Shown here: positions 47,491 to 57,961 of the stretch, piece by piece | Numbering within the stretch: position 1 is the first letter of the stretch | Layout: each line of letters opens with the position of its first letter | Assembly: GCA_964350735.1 (NCBI GenBank) | Contig: CAYGKO010000001.1 | Location: 182,578 to 246,577, forward strand | Reading direction: 5' to 3' | Length of the DNA: 64,000 nucleotides | Source: an uncultured Candidatus Saccharibacteria bacterium | GTDB taxonomy: Bacteria > Patescibacteriota > Minisyncoccia > Phycocordibacterales > UBA918 | Program-made: the position numbers and the translations under genes | Notes under the pieces: model-generated | Database searches by the model: none | What the model saw: the letters and a program-made list of their open reading frames with translations, nothing else | What the model was told of the DNA's origin: nothing

Positions 47491-48963
47491 TTAAGCCTTC
47501 TTCTCTTCTTTTGTTTCAGTCTCTGCAGCTTCTACTTCAGCCTCACTCTTTGCTTCTTCTTCAGCCATTTGGCCTTCGAAGTTTTCTGGGGTTTCTACCA
47601 CGTTGTCTTCCTTGCGGTCTTCGCTCACCACGTCGCGAGCGTCAGTCGCTTGGTCGGCGTTATCAAGCGGATTGCTGTCCGGCTTACTGGTGACGCCTTC
47701 GTCATTTTCGATTGCTTCGACTTCAGTTGCTTCTGGCGTACCTTCTGGCGCTGTGATGTTGGTTGGCTTGTCACCTGCTGCTTCAGCGAGTTCATCACCA
47801 CCAACTGACATGATGTCGATCTTCCAGCCAGTTAGCTTGGCAGCCAGTCGAACATTTTGTCCGCCCCGTCCGATAGCCAGTGACTGTTGGTCAGGTGCAA
47901 CTTCCACGATAGCGTGTCCACGTTCATTTTCTTCAGCATTTGCTTCTGATTCAATTCGTACTTCCATTACTTGAGCTGGTGAAAGTGCATCTTCGATAAA
48001 TTCAGCTGGGTCCTCACTCCATTCGATGATATCGATTTTTTCACCACCCAGTTCACTCATAACGGTCGATACTCGTACTCCTCTCTGTCCCACCATTGAT
48101 CCGACGGGATCAATATGTTGGTCATGAGCAAAGACAGCAATCTTTGAGCGACTTCCGGCTTCCCGCGCTACGGCCTTCACTTCTACCGCTCCACTCTGGA
48201 GCTCTGGAGCTTCAATCGCAAAGAGGTTCTCTAGGAATTCACCGTGTGACCGAGAAAGTTTTAGGAAAATTCCTCGTGGTGTTTCTTCCACGGCAAGGAG
48301 GAGACAGCGGATTCGTTCTCCTGGTCGGTATCGTTCGCCCGGGATTTGTTCGTCGTATGGCATTACACCCGTTACTCGTCCGAGATCAACGTATAAGTTA
48401 CCACGTTCGAAGCGCTGTACGTGTCCCATCACAATATCGCCTTCTTTCTGACCAAATTCTTTCAAAGCGGAAGTCTTTTCTGCTTCTCGGATCTTCTGGA
48501 TGATTACTTGCTTGGCCGTTTGGGCTGCAATCCGACCGAAGTCGTCTTTTGGTTCAAGGGGGAAGACGAGTTCTTCTCCTACTTCCACGTCCTTTTTAAT
48601 GAGTCGGGCAGTTTCGATCATGATGTGCTTTTCAGCATCAAAGCGGACTTTTTCACCTTCAACCAGTACTTCTTCTGGCTCAATGTAATGTCGTCGATGG
48701 TTTTCTTCGGGTACTTCTTCGATTTCTTCTTCCGTTTCTTCTTTCAGCATGCTCTCATCGAGCACTACTTTGATCTGGTTAAAGATCGTGGTTCCGGTAT
48801 TGATATCAAATTCTGCTCGGATGATTTGGCCCCGCTTACCGAATTCTTTCTTGTAGGCAGTGGCAAGTGATGACGCAATGGCATCAAGCATGGTGTCACG
48901 GGGAATCCCGCGCTCTTCTTCCATCTCGGCTAACACCGAGTTAATTACTTTAAGGTCAAACAT
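47491..48963 (-). CDS. nusA: transcription termination/antitermination factor NusA with acidic C-terminal tail
   Basis: NusA N-terminal domain, S1 domain and KH domains (LAIGRGGQNVRLAAKLTGWKI). Confidence 0.8.
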   Translation of the reverse strand: MFDLKVINSVLAEMEEERGIPRDTMLDAIASSLATAYKKEFGKRGQIIRAEFDINTGTTIFNQIKVVLDESMLKEETEEEIEEVPEENHRRHYIEPEEVLVEGEKVRFDAEKHIMIETARLIKKDVEVGEELVFPLEPKDDFGRIAAQTAKQVIIQKIREAEKTSALKEFGQKEGDIVMGHVQRFERGNLYVDLGRVTGVMPYDEQIPGERYRPGERIRCLLLAVEETPRGIFLKLSRSHGEFLENLFAIEAPELQSGAVEVKAVAREAGSRSKIAVFAHDQHIDPVGSMVGQRGVRVSTVMSELGGEKIDIIEWSEDPAEFIEDALSPAQVMEVRIESEANAEENERGHAIVEVAPDQQSLAIGRGGQNVRLAAKLTGWKIDIMSVGGDELAEAAGDKPTNITAPEGTPEATEVEAIENDEGVTSKPDSNPLDNADQATDARDVVSEDRKEDNVVETPENFEGQMAEEEAKSEAEVEAAETETKEEKKA

Positions 48964-49186
48964 AATTCTTTAATTACTATATAAAGGAGTATTCTCCGTG
49001 TGTGTAATGTATTACTAACAATGCGCGGCCGAGGGCCGCGCATGTCAGTCAATGAACCTACTCTACTGGTTTTGGTGGTACTTGTCAAAATGTGCAAAGC
49101 CGGAGCGTTATGGTTGAGTGGCAATGGTACAATGTAGTCACGACAAAGCTCTACAGTTCTTTGGTTCGTTTATTTTTTGGAGAATC

Positions 49187-50935
49187 GTGCGTATTCAAGA
49201 TGCACAACTAAAACGGTTTGTTACTGATTCTGGTCTGGTGACCAAGAAGGATTTAAGTGCGGCCGAGAAAGTAGCTAAAGAAGAAAAACGAACCTTAGCT
49301 GAAGCCCTGGTAGCTGCCGGTTACATGAGTGAAGATGATATGCGCCGAGTGGAGTCATACGTACTTGGGATCCCGTTTGTATCACTTAAAGACATCAAGA
49401 TTGATTTTGAAATCCTTTCGATGATCCCGGAACCAGTGGCTCGTAATCACAATATTATTGCCTTCAAGAAGCATGATGATGCACTTGAGGTAGCAATGCT
49501 CGATACCGCTGACTTGCCAGCCATTGATTTTGTGAAGAAGAAAGTAGGATTAAAGATCCAGCCGCGCCTGACTGACACTGAATCGATGCGAAGTGCGTTG
49601 CAGCAGTACCAAAAGACACTCAAAGATGAGTTTGGTGACATCATCATGAAGGAGACCTCAGCCTTGAAGGTGATTGCAGAAGAAAATGGTGAAGAAGCGA
49701 GTGAAGAAGATCTAAAAAAGATGGCTGAAGATCTCCCGGTAGTACGTATCGTTGATACGCTGCTGCGGCACGCTATTATTCAAGGTGCCTCTGACATTCA
49801 TATCGAACCGATGGAGAACGAAGTGTTAGTGCGGTATCGAATCGACGGTATTTTACATGACGCGATGACGCTTCCGAAGCATGCGTCAGGGACTATCGTG
49901 GCCCGTCTCAAAGTCCTCTCCAACCTAAAGCTTGACCAAAAGCGCCTTCCGCAAGACGGTCGATTTAAGATGGAAATGGATGGGCAGAAGGTATCGTTTC
50001 GAGTCTCAATGCTGCCAATTTACTACGGCGAAAAAGTAGTAATGCGTCTGCTGCGCGAAAATCGATCTGGTTTTAACCTAGAAGGCATTGGCTTTCATGG
50101 TAGTACACTCGAACGAGTACATGGTGCGATGAAGCAAACTACCGGCATTATTTTAGTAACGGGACCAACCGGGTCGGGTAAAACTACTACGCTCTATACT
50201 ATTCTTGATCTTTTAAATACCCCTGAGGTAAATATTTCTACGATTGAGGATCCAATCGAGTACCAAATGCCCCGCATCAACCAGACGCAAGTAAAGTCTG
50301 ATATTGGTTTTACGTTTTCTTCTGGACTACGTTCCCTGATGCGACAAGATCCAGACATTATTATGGTGGGAGAAATTCGTGATCAAGAAACTGCCGCGTT
50401 AGCAATTAATGCTGCCCTGACTGGGCACTTGGTGCTCGCGACTGTGCACACCAACTCGGCGGCAGGAACCGTAGCCCGTTTGATGGACATGGGGGTGGAG
50501 TCATTCTTGCTGGTATCAACCCTGCGGGTGGCTGTTGGGCAACGACTCGTGCGAAAATTAGGTGATTCACGAGAGACCTATACGTTGTCTCCAGCAGAAC
50601 AAGCTGAGTTGGCAAAGCACGCTGATCTTGATGCCGTGCTCGAAGCGATGAAAGAAGAAAAAATTGTAAAAGGTAATGCCACCTGGAATTCAATTCCGTT
50701 TTATCGACCAACTGCAGATGCTGGCGATGATGCGTATAAAGGACGGTCAGGTATTCATGAGGTTTTGACCGTGACTCCAACAATCAAAGATATGGTGATG
50801 AAGAAAGCGACAGCTGATGATATTGAGGATCAGTGTCGCAAGGAGGGGATGCTTACTATGCTTGAGGACGGCATTTATAAAGCTGCGCGCGGGGTTACTT
50901 CGGTTGAAGAGGTGCTTAGAGTCATTAATGAATAG
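49187..50935 (+). CDS. pilB: type IV pilus assembly ATPase PilB / GspE family
   Basis: T2SSE N-domain, Walker A VTGPTGSGKTTT, Asp box and His box. GTG start with a GGAGAA SD is preferred over the tracked upstream ATG. Confidence 0.8.
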   Translation: MRIQDAQLKRFVTDSGLVTKKDLSAAEKVAKEEKRTLAEALVAAGYMSEDDMRRVESYVLGIPFVSLKDIKIDFEILSMIPEPVARNHNIIAFKKHDDALEVAMLDTADLPAIDFVKKKVGLKIQPRLTDTESMRSALQQYQKTLKDEFGDIIMKETSALKVIAEENGEEASEEDLKKMAEDLPVVRIVDTLLRHAIIQGASDIHIEPMENEVLVRYRIDGILHDAMTLPKHASGTIVARLKVLSNLKLDQKRLPQDGRFKMEMDGQKVSFRVSMLPIYYGEKVVMRLLRENRSGFNLEGIGFHGSTLERVHGAMKQTTGIILVTGPTGSGKTTTLYTILDLLNTPEVNISTIEDPIEYQMPRINQTQVKSDIGFTFSSGLRSLMRQDPDIIMVGEIRDQETAALAINAALTGHLVLATVHTNSAAGTVARLMDMGVESFLLVSTLRVAVGQRLVRKLGDSRETYTLSPAEQAELAKHADLDAVLEAMKEEKIVKGNATWNSIPFYRPTADAGDDAYKGRSGIHEVLTVTPTIKDMVMKKATADDIEDQCRKEGMLTMLEDGIYKAARGVTSVEEVLRVINE

Positions 50936-50937
50936 TT

Positions 50938-52167
50938 ATGTCTAAATTCACGTATACAGGCGAAGATACAGCGGGTAACAAAGTAACCGAAACAGTAGAA
51001 GCGGCAGACCGTTACGCAGTATATGAGGTGGCGCGTAAAAGTGGTCACAGTGTGGCTAGCATTACTGATGCTGGAGGTGGGGGCCTGAAGCAATTTTTGA
51101 ATGTTGAAAAGATCGAGTACATGATCAGTCGGGTGAAAGATGATGAGGTAGTAATGACGACTCGAAATCTTGGCTCAATGCTTGTCGCTGGACTGCCACT
51201 TTCGCGGGCGCTTTCTGTGATTGAGCGACAGAGTACAAACCCTAAGCTAAAAGGGGTGCTTAAAGATGTGCGAGAACAAATTGAGAAAGGAGAGCAGTTT
51301 AACGCGTCGTTGGCAAAGTATCCTAAGATTTTTAGTGATCTCTACGTATCGATGGTCAAAGCAGGAGAGGAAAGTGGAATGTTGGCAGAGTCTCTAAGCA
51401 CACTCGCATTGCAGATGGAGAAAGCCTCTAATTTAAAAAAGAAGATTAAAGGAGCGATGATGTACCCAGCCATAGTGATTGTGATCATGGCAGTAATTGG
51501 GGTATTGATGATGATTTATGTGATGCCATCTATTACTGGTACGTTTACAAAGATTGGAGTTGATCTGCCGACGACGACAAAGATCTTGATCGCTACTAGT
51601 AATTTTATGGTAGAGCACACCTTCTTAGTGATTGCGGGAATGATTGGCTCGGTAGTAGGATTTTTGTACGCCCTACGTACAAAATATGGCAAGATTGTCT
51701 TTCATTGGATCATTATCCATTTACCGGTGATTGGGACGTTGGTAAAAGAAACTAACGCTGCCCGAACAGCGCGAACGCTTTCGTCACTCCTTCATTCAGG
51801 GGTAGATGTAATTCGCTCATTAAATATTACTGAAGAGGTAATTCAAAATGTGTATTACAAACCAATTATTAAAGAAGCCGCCACTCGAGTGGAGAAAGGG
51901 ACGGCTTTGTCTGAAACGTTTATTGAAAACAATAAACTTTTCCCTGTATTGGTAGGAGAAATGATTTTAGTAGGAGAAGAAACCGGCCAGATTGCCCAAA
52001 TGCTTGAGCAGCTGGCGACATTTTATGAAACCGAAGTGGAGAATAAAACCAAGGACCTTTCGACAATTATCGAGCCACTGTTGATGGTGGTGATTGGAGG
52101 TACGGTTGGATTCTTTGCGCTCGCTATGATCGCGCCGATTTATTCGATTGGTGACAGTATTGGGTAA
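50938..52167 (+). CDS. pilC: type IV pilus platform protein PilC / GspF family
   Basis: Duplicated T2SSF domains with three TM segments. Confidence 0.75.
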   Translation: MSKFTYTGEDTAGNKVTETVEAADRYAVYEVARKSGHSVASITDAGGGGLKQFLNVEKIEYMISRVKDDEVVMTTRNLGSMLVAGLPLSRALSVIERQSTNPKLKGVLKDVREQIEKGEQFNASLAKYPKIFSDLYVSMVKAGEESGMLAESLSTLALQMEKASNLKKKIKGAMMYPAIVIVIMAVIGVLMMIYVMPSITGTFTKIGVDLPTTTKILIATSNFMVEHTFLVIAGMIGSVVGFLYALRTKYGKIVFHWIIIHLPVIGTLVKETNAARTARTLSSLLHSGVDVIRSLNITEEVIQNVYYKPIIKEAATRVEKGTALSETFIENNKLFPVLVGEMILVGEETGQIAQMLEQLATFYETEVENKTKDLSTIIEPLLMVVIGGTVGFFALAMIAPIYSIGDSIG

Positions 52168-52171
52168 AACT

Positions 52172-55087
52172 ATGAACAGACATTCTTTGGAGACGCAGTC
52201 GAAACCAGCAGCGCTATTTTCGACTGTTTCAACCAAGCGTGGAGTGTCGCTGGTAGAAGTTATTGTGGTGTCAGCTCTGTCAGCTATTGTGTTTTCTGGT
52301 TTATTCTCAGGATTACAACTAATGATTAATATCATTAGTAATTCTAAAGCCGAAGCTGGCGCGCGTTCATTGGCGGTTGAACGGATGGAGTATATTCGGT
52401 CGCTGCCGTATAACGATGTGGGAACAGTGTTAGGTATTCCAGCCGGTTTGATCCCGCAGACATCCACTACCTCACTGAATGGTATTCAGTACACCGAGCG
52501 AGTATTAGTCCAATTCCTTGACCGACCAGAAGATGGTTTTGCCGGGGCTGATAGTAATGGTATTACTGAAGACAGTAAGGTGGTTAAAGTGCAGTACACC
52601 TGGGATCAGCGTGGTGAAACGCGTACAACAACGCTGATTTCAGACTTAGTTCCAAAGGGGATCGAGTCGACAGCTGGCGGCGGAACACTGCTCATTAATG
52701 TATTTGATGCAGCGGTGCAGCCAGTAGTGGGTGCTCAAGTGCATGTGTTTAATGACACACTAGCCACCTCGACAGATGTGACGGTAACAACTAACGCCAA
52801 CGGTATTGCAAACTTCCCCGGAGCACCAGCCGGTGCCGGGTATCAAATCACCGTCACCAATCCAGGCTATTCAAGTGACCAGACGTATTCAGCTACTGCG
52901 ACTAATACCAGTCCAAATCCTCCCCACGTAGCAGTAGTAGAGGGTGACGTGTCAACGGTGAATTTTGCCATCGACCGGTTGAGTGACTTAACGTTACGCA
53001 CCATCAGTACACCAATCACGGGTGTCTTTTCAGATACATTTTCCTCTGACGCGCAGGTTGCAACCAGAACGGCTACAGTAGTATCAGGTGGAGGAATTAT
53101 CCTGGCCGGGGGAGCAGGTTCATATGAAAGTACCGGGACTGCATTTTCCTCTACGACAGAGCCAACCACCATTGATTCGTGGCAGTCAATAGATTTTAAC
53201 GGTACGACTACAGCTAATTCACTCTTCCGCGTGCGGTTGTACGAAGTAACCGGAGTCGGGACTTCTTCTATATACACTCTGATTCCAGATGCAGAGTTAT
53301 CTTCAAATAGTGTTGGGTTTATTGCTGGGCCGGTAGATATTACCTCGATCGATGCGAGCGTATATGATCGGATTGCACTCGGAGTCACTCTTACGTCTAG
53401 TAGTAGTAGTGAAACAGCGGAGTTGTTTGACTGGTCGCTGACACACGTTGAGTCAGAAACGCCTATTAGCGGATTAACTTTTGATATTGCGGGTAGTAAA
53501 ACTATTGGTGACAACGGTGGTGTGCCGGTGTTGAAATACAGCAACGTTGTAACAACGAACGGTAGCGGAGAATCGGCTCTCACTGATCTAGAGTGGGATT
53601 CCTATAGTATTACTTTAGACGGTGTAACAGAGGGCTACAACATCAAAGAAGCCTATGCCCCATTGCCGTACGCTCTATCACCAAATGTAATAGACGAGCT
53701 GACTCTTGTAATGGAGCCACACTCGGCGCAGTCACTCCGAACTACAGTAATCGATACGCTAGGGGTAGCAATTCCAGGGGCAGACGTCCGGCTATCAAAC
53801 GGTAGCTTTGATCAAACTTTGGAGACATCCATTTATGGACAAGTATTTTTTACCGGCATGTCTGCGGCGAGTGATTTTGCCCTTGATGTGACTGCGGGTG
53901 GATATGAAACTGATAATCAAACCAACTTTAGTGTTACCGGAACTACTGAAACTCTGGTTATTTTAAGTACGGCCGGCAGTGGTGGTGGAGGAGGGTCAAC
54001 TTCAACCCCAACTACAAGCACGAGTACATTCTTAGTCGGGTATGACACTCGGTTGCCGCTCAGTATTAGTGGTACCTCATTATTTGGTAGCGTGAATGAC
54101 TTCCCGGTCTATGTTGACCTGAGTGATCTTCCAAGCGCCTTCTTTAGTACCGTTCAAGCCAGCGGAGCTGATATTCGTATTACTACTGGTGATGGCTTAA
54201 CTGAAGTGCCGCGAGAAGTGGTAGCAATCGATACGGGAGCAGAAACCGGTCAACTGCACTTCAAAGCGCCGTCATTAGATACTGGCACAACAAGTGTTTT
54301 CTATCTCTACTACGGCAGTTCCACTGCACCTGCGTACGCAGCTAATGACACGTATGGTGCCCAAAATGTATGGACTAATGGTTATTTAGCGGTATACCAC
54401 ATGGAGGAAAGCGCTGCTGGTAGCGGCAACAGTGATGTGTACCGGGATGCAACGGTAAATGCAGCCCATGGAGATGACTTTGTGGCTGAGACTAATAAGA
54501 GTGGATTCCTTGGTCTGGGACAACGATTTGAAGAGAATACTACTGACTACATGGAACTTCCCCATACTGTACTTGATGGTGAAACTGATGTGACCTTGAG
54601 CTTCTGGTATGCGTCTAATAACAGTAACCGTCGGGCAGTTTTGAGCGGGGCATCAGCGTATGATACAAACGAAAACGCTAACGAATACTTGTTCTGGTTT
54701 GAAGATAATAACGAGATTGAATTGTTTTCACACGGAGACCGAGTTAATTACGGCACTTCAAATTTGAACGACTTTAATTGGCGTTACTACACAGCAGTAC
54801 GTGATGATGTAAATGATGAAATGCGCCTGTATATTAATGGTGCCGCCGATAATGAAAATCCGGAGTCGCTCACTATGACAGCTCTCGATATCACCTCCGG
54901 TGGTTTGGTGTTTGGCGCTGACCAAGATCGTAACGTCACTTCGCCAAATGATTCGTGGCTTGATGATGACATTGATGAAATTCGAATCTCAAGTACGGTG
55001 CGTGACGCTGGCTGGATCAGTAATGAGTATTCAAACCAGAACTCTTCGTCATTATTCTATACAATTGGAAGTGAAGAAACAGAATAA
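52172..55087 (+). CDS. giant prepilin-type protein with DUF2341 and LamG-like C-terminal domains
   Basis: Prepilin N-terminus KRG|VSLVEVIVVSALSAIVF with Glu at +5. Ig-like and carboxypeptidase-regulatory-like repeats. The C-terminus carries DUF2341 and concanavalin-like lectin signatures. Confidence 0.6.
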   Translation: MNRHSLETQSKPAALFSTVSTKRGVSLVEVIVVSALSAIVFSGLFSGLQLMINIISNSKAEAGARSLAVERMEYIRSLPYNDVGTVLGIPAGLIPQTSTTSLNGIQYTERVLVQFLDRPEDGFAGADSNGITEDSKVVKVQYTWDQRGETRTTTLISDLVPKGIESTAGGGTLLINVFDAAVQPVVGAQVHVFNDTLATSTDVTVTTNANGIANFPGAPAGAGYQITVTNPGYSSDQTYSATATNTSPNPPHVAVVEGDVSTVNFAIDRLSDLTLRTISTPITGVFSDTFSSDAQVATRTATVVSGGGIILAGGAGSYESTGTAFSSTTEPTTIDSWQSIDFNGTTTANSLFRVRLYEVTGVGTSSIYTLIPDAELSSNSVGFIAGPVDITSIDASVYDRIALGVTLTSSSSSETAELFDWSLTHVESETPISGLTFDIAGSKTIGDNGGVPVLKYSNVVTTNGSGESALTDLEWDSYSITLDGVTEGYNIKEAYAPLPYALSPNVIDELTLVMEPHSAQSLRTTVIDTLGVAIPGADVRLSNGSFDQTLETSIYGQVFFTGMSAASDFALDVTAGGYETDNQTNFSVTGTTETLVILSTAGSGGGGGSTSTPTTSTSTFLVGYDTRLPLSISGTSLFGSVNDFPVYVDLSDLPSAFFSTVQASGADIRITTGDGLTEVPREVVAIDTGAETGQLHFKAPSLDTGTTSVFYLYYGSSTAPAYAANDTYGAQNVWTNGYLAVYHMEESAAGSGNSDVYRDATVNAAHGDDFVAETNKSGFLGLGQRFEENTTDYMELPHTVLDGETDVTLSFWYASNNSNRRAVLSGASAYDTNENANEYLFWFEDNNEIELFSHGDRVNYGTSNLNDFNWRYYTAVRDDVNDEMRLYINGAADNENPESLTMTALDITSGGLVFGADQDRNVTSPNDSWLDDDIDEIRISSTVRDAGWISNEYSNQNSSSLFYTIGSEETE

Positions 55088-55089
55088 CT

Positions 55090-55704
55090 ATGAAAAATTT
55101 TTACTCATCAGTTATGAAGAAGGGAATGTCACTCGTTGAGATGTTAGTGGTGGTGGCTCTGTTTACTATTCTGTCACTGGCGATTACAAATTCGATTGAT
55201 TCATTTTATAAATTTAATTCATACACCATTGCTCAGTCCTATCAAGTGAGCGAGGCGAGGCGAGGGTTACAAAACTTGATTCGCGACATTAGAGAAATGA
55301 CGTATGCAGATGACGGAGCGTTTCCGCTTATATCTCGTGGAAGCACAACCATTTCTTTTTATAGTGATATTGACCGTGATGATAGTGTGGAATTAATCGA
55401 GTATGAGCTGGCAACCACAACACTCTATAAGAACATTTATGACGCCGTTGGTTCGCCACCAATTTACAACACGTCACCCAGTGAGACGATTATCATTTCT
55501 CGGTATGTACAAAATAATTTACAAGGAACCGAAATATTTAATTATTTTAATGAGGGTGGTTTACAGGCTACATCCACAACGCTCGTGACTGACATTAGAT
55601 ACGTTGGTGTTAATCTGATTATAAACATTGATCCAGTTCGAGATCCCGGAGAATTCTCACTACGTTCTAGCGCGTCACTCCGTAACTTGATTGAAAATTT
55701 ATGA
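55090..55704 (+). CDS. minor pilin / pseudopilin with prepilin-type N-terminal domain
   Basis: KKGMSLVEMLVVVALFTILSLAI. Confidence 0.6.
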   Translation: MKNFYSSVMKKGMSLVEMLVVVALFTILSLAITNSIDSFYKFNSYTIAQSYQVSEARRGLQNLIRDIREMTYADDGAFPLISRGSTTISFYSDIDRDDSVELIEYELATTTLYKNIYDAVGSPPIYNTSPSETIIISRYVQNNLQGTEIFNYFNEGGLQATSTTLVTDIRYVGVNLIINIDPVRDPGEFSLRSSASLRNLIENL

Positions 55705-57116
55705 TGCAGCAAAAATCACAGAAAGGATATCTCGTTGTTTTAGTTCTTGTTTTTGGAGGTATCTTTTTCCTTTTGCTGGTTTCTTTTATGGGGTTTGTCC
55801 TACAACAAAAAATTACCCAAGACGCATTGCGTAATGAAGAGCGGGCGTTAGCAATCGCAGAAGCCGGCTTAAATTACTACAAGTGGTATCTCGCCCATAA
55901 CCCAGCGGATATCACAAACGGCACCGGTGCGCCTGGACCATATACAATTTCATATTCTGACCCAGAGGGTAGTGCAATTGGTGAATACGATTTAGATATC
56001 TCTAGTACTGAAGCTTGTGGAGCTATTCAGTCGATTGATATTGTTTCAACGGGGCGTACCTTTGAAGATCCTGATCGAGAGCGAACTATTTATGCTCGCT
56101 ACGCGCAGCCAACAGTATCTGAGTACGCGTACATTATTAATTCCAACGTTTGGGCTGGAGCTGACCGTACTATTATTGGCCCGTATCATTCTAATGGGGG
56201 CGTTCGAATGGATGGCACTAATAATTCGACCGTGACGAGCGGTCTTGAAGACTGGGCGTGTACCAGCACTTTTGGGTGTAATCCTAATAGTACTGAAGCA
56301 GGAGTATTTGGATCAGGGCCAAATAGTGATCTGTGGACGTATCCATCAACACCAATTAATTTTGCCGGCCTTACGCTAGACTTATCTGCGATGCAGACTA
56401 GTGCAATAGCAAACGGTCGACACTTCGGCTCGTCAGGAGATTTTGGATATTTGGTGCAATTTCTGAGTAACAACACCTTCAACATATCAACCGTTACGGG
56501 AACTCAGAGCTACGCAGCATACAATAGTTCTGATGGGTGGCATACAGAACGTAATGTCGTCACTGCCTCAACCTTTTTAGGAAACTATTCGATTCCACCA
56601 GATTGCTCATTAATTTTCATTGAAGACAAAGTATGGCTTGAAGGTACATTGAGCTCTAAAGTATCGTTAGCGGCAGCCGATATCGATACGGTAGGAGTAG
56701 ATCCTAGTATCATTATTAATGATGACATCATCTACTCTGGCAGTGATGCTGGATTACTGGCTCTGGCAGAAGAAGATGTTTTGATAGGGCTTGAGGTGCC
56801 AGACAATATGGACATTAGCGGTATCTTCATTGCCCAGGATGGTCGTTTTGGTCGTAATCGATATATAGCTGATGGTGGCAACGGGTTGCCCAGCTCACTT
56901 GATCAGTATGTATTTAGAAATTCACTAACGATGCACGGTACGATTGTTTCAAATGGTCGGGTTGGAACAAAATGGAGTTCTGGCGGAGTGTGGGTGTCGG
57001 GCTTTAACACGCGGTTTAATTCATACGATAGAGATTTAGTAGAAGATCCACCACCACTAACACCACAAGTGTCTGACTCGTATCAGTTTATTGATTGGCG
57101 CGAAGAAGAAGATTAA
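55701..57116 (+). CDS. pilus-associated protein with N-terminal TM anchor (PilX-N-like)
   Basis: N-terminal hydrophobic anchor followed by a large Thr/Ser/Gly/Asn-rich extracellular domain. Sits in the pilus operon. Confidence 0.35.
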   Translation: MMQQKSQKGYLVVLVLVFGGIFFLLLVSFMGFVLQQKITQDALRNEERALAIAEAGLNYYKWYLAHNPADITNGTGAPGPYTISYSDPEGSAIGEYDLDISSTEACGAIQSIDIVSTGRTFEDPDRERTIYARYAQPTVSEYAYIINSNVWAGADRTIIGPYHSNGGVRMDGTNNSTVTSGLEDWACTSTFGCNPNSTEAGVFGSGPNSDLWTYPSTPINFAGLTLDLSAMQTSAIANGRHFGSSGDFGYLVQFLSNNTFNISTVTGTQSYAAYNSSDGWHTERNVVTASTFLGNYSIPPDCSLIFIEDKVWLEGTLSSKVSLAAADIDTVGVDPSIIINDDIIYSGSDAGLLALAEEDVLIGLEVPDNMDISGIFIAQDGRFGRNRYIADGGNGLPSSLDQYVFRNSLTMHGTIVSNGRVGTKWSSGGVWVSGFNTRFNSYDRDLVEDPPPLTPQVSDSYQFIDWREEED

Positions 57117-57178
57117 GGATGAAAAAGGGCGGGGAGCTTTGCTCCCCGCCCTTTTTCATCATGGTACAATGCCCCAAT

Positions 57179-57961
57179 ATGAAACCATACGTACCACTTA
57201 TCGTCGGCAACTGGAAGATGAATCCTAACACCGTTGATAAAGCCAAGCGATTATTTATTGATATTAGAGCAGCCCTTAAGGGTAGTAAGACAGCCGAGGT
57301 TGTAATCGCGCCACCGTTCCCGTATTTAGCAGATACTAATCGACTATCGCCGAGTGGTCGAATTGGGATTGGGGCCCAAGATGTCTTTTTTGAAGCTAGT
57401 GGAGCTTATACCGGGGAAGTATCGATGCCAATGCTCAGGAGTGTCGGGGTGAAATACGTGATTATTGGACATTCAGAGCGTCGCGCATTGGGTGAGACCG
57501 ATGAAGATATTTATAAGGATACCCAAGCAGCCTTGAGTCAGAAGGTTACCGCAATTGTATGTGTTGGAGAAAAGCATCGTGATAGCCATGGTAATTATTT
57601 TAGTGTGGTAGAAGCCCAATTACGGGCCGTACTTCGGGATGTAAAACCAAATCAATTGAAGAATTTAGTGATCGCATACGAACCAATTTGGGCTATTGGT
57701 ACTGGGAATACCGCTACAGCACAAGATGCTAGTGAAATGAAAATCTTCATTCAGAAAATTATTGCTGATCGATTTGACCGTAAGGCAATCAATAAAGTTC
57801 GTATTTTATATGGAGGATCAGTGAAAAAAGCTAACGCAGAAACGCTTTTACGGGGTAGTGGTGTGGATGGATTTTTGATTGGAGGGGCTAGTCTGAAGGC
57901 CAAAGAATTTGCCAGTATTGTAAAGACCGCTGAATCATATGCAAAAACACACACTACCTAA
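57179..57961 (+). CDS. tpiA: triosephosphate isomerase
   Basis: VGNWKMN, IIGHSERR and YEPIWAIGTG. Confidence 0.85.
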   Translation: MKPYVPLIVGNWKMNPNTVDKAKRLFIDIRAALKGSKTAEVVIAPPFPYLADTNRLSPSGRIGIGAQDVFFEASGAYTGEVSMPMLRSVGVKYVIIGHSERRALGETDEDIYKDTQAALSQKVTAIVCVGEKHRDSHGNYFSVVEAQLRAVLRDVKPNQLKNLVIAYEPIWAIGTGNTATAQDASEMKIFIQKIIADRFDRKAINKVRILYGGSVKKANAETLLRGSGVDGFLIGGASLKAKEFASIVKTAESYAKTHTT

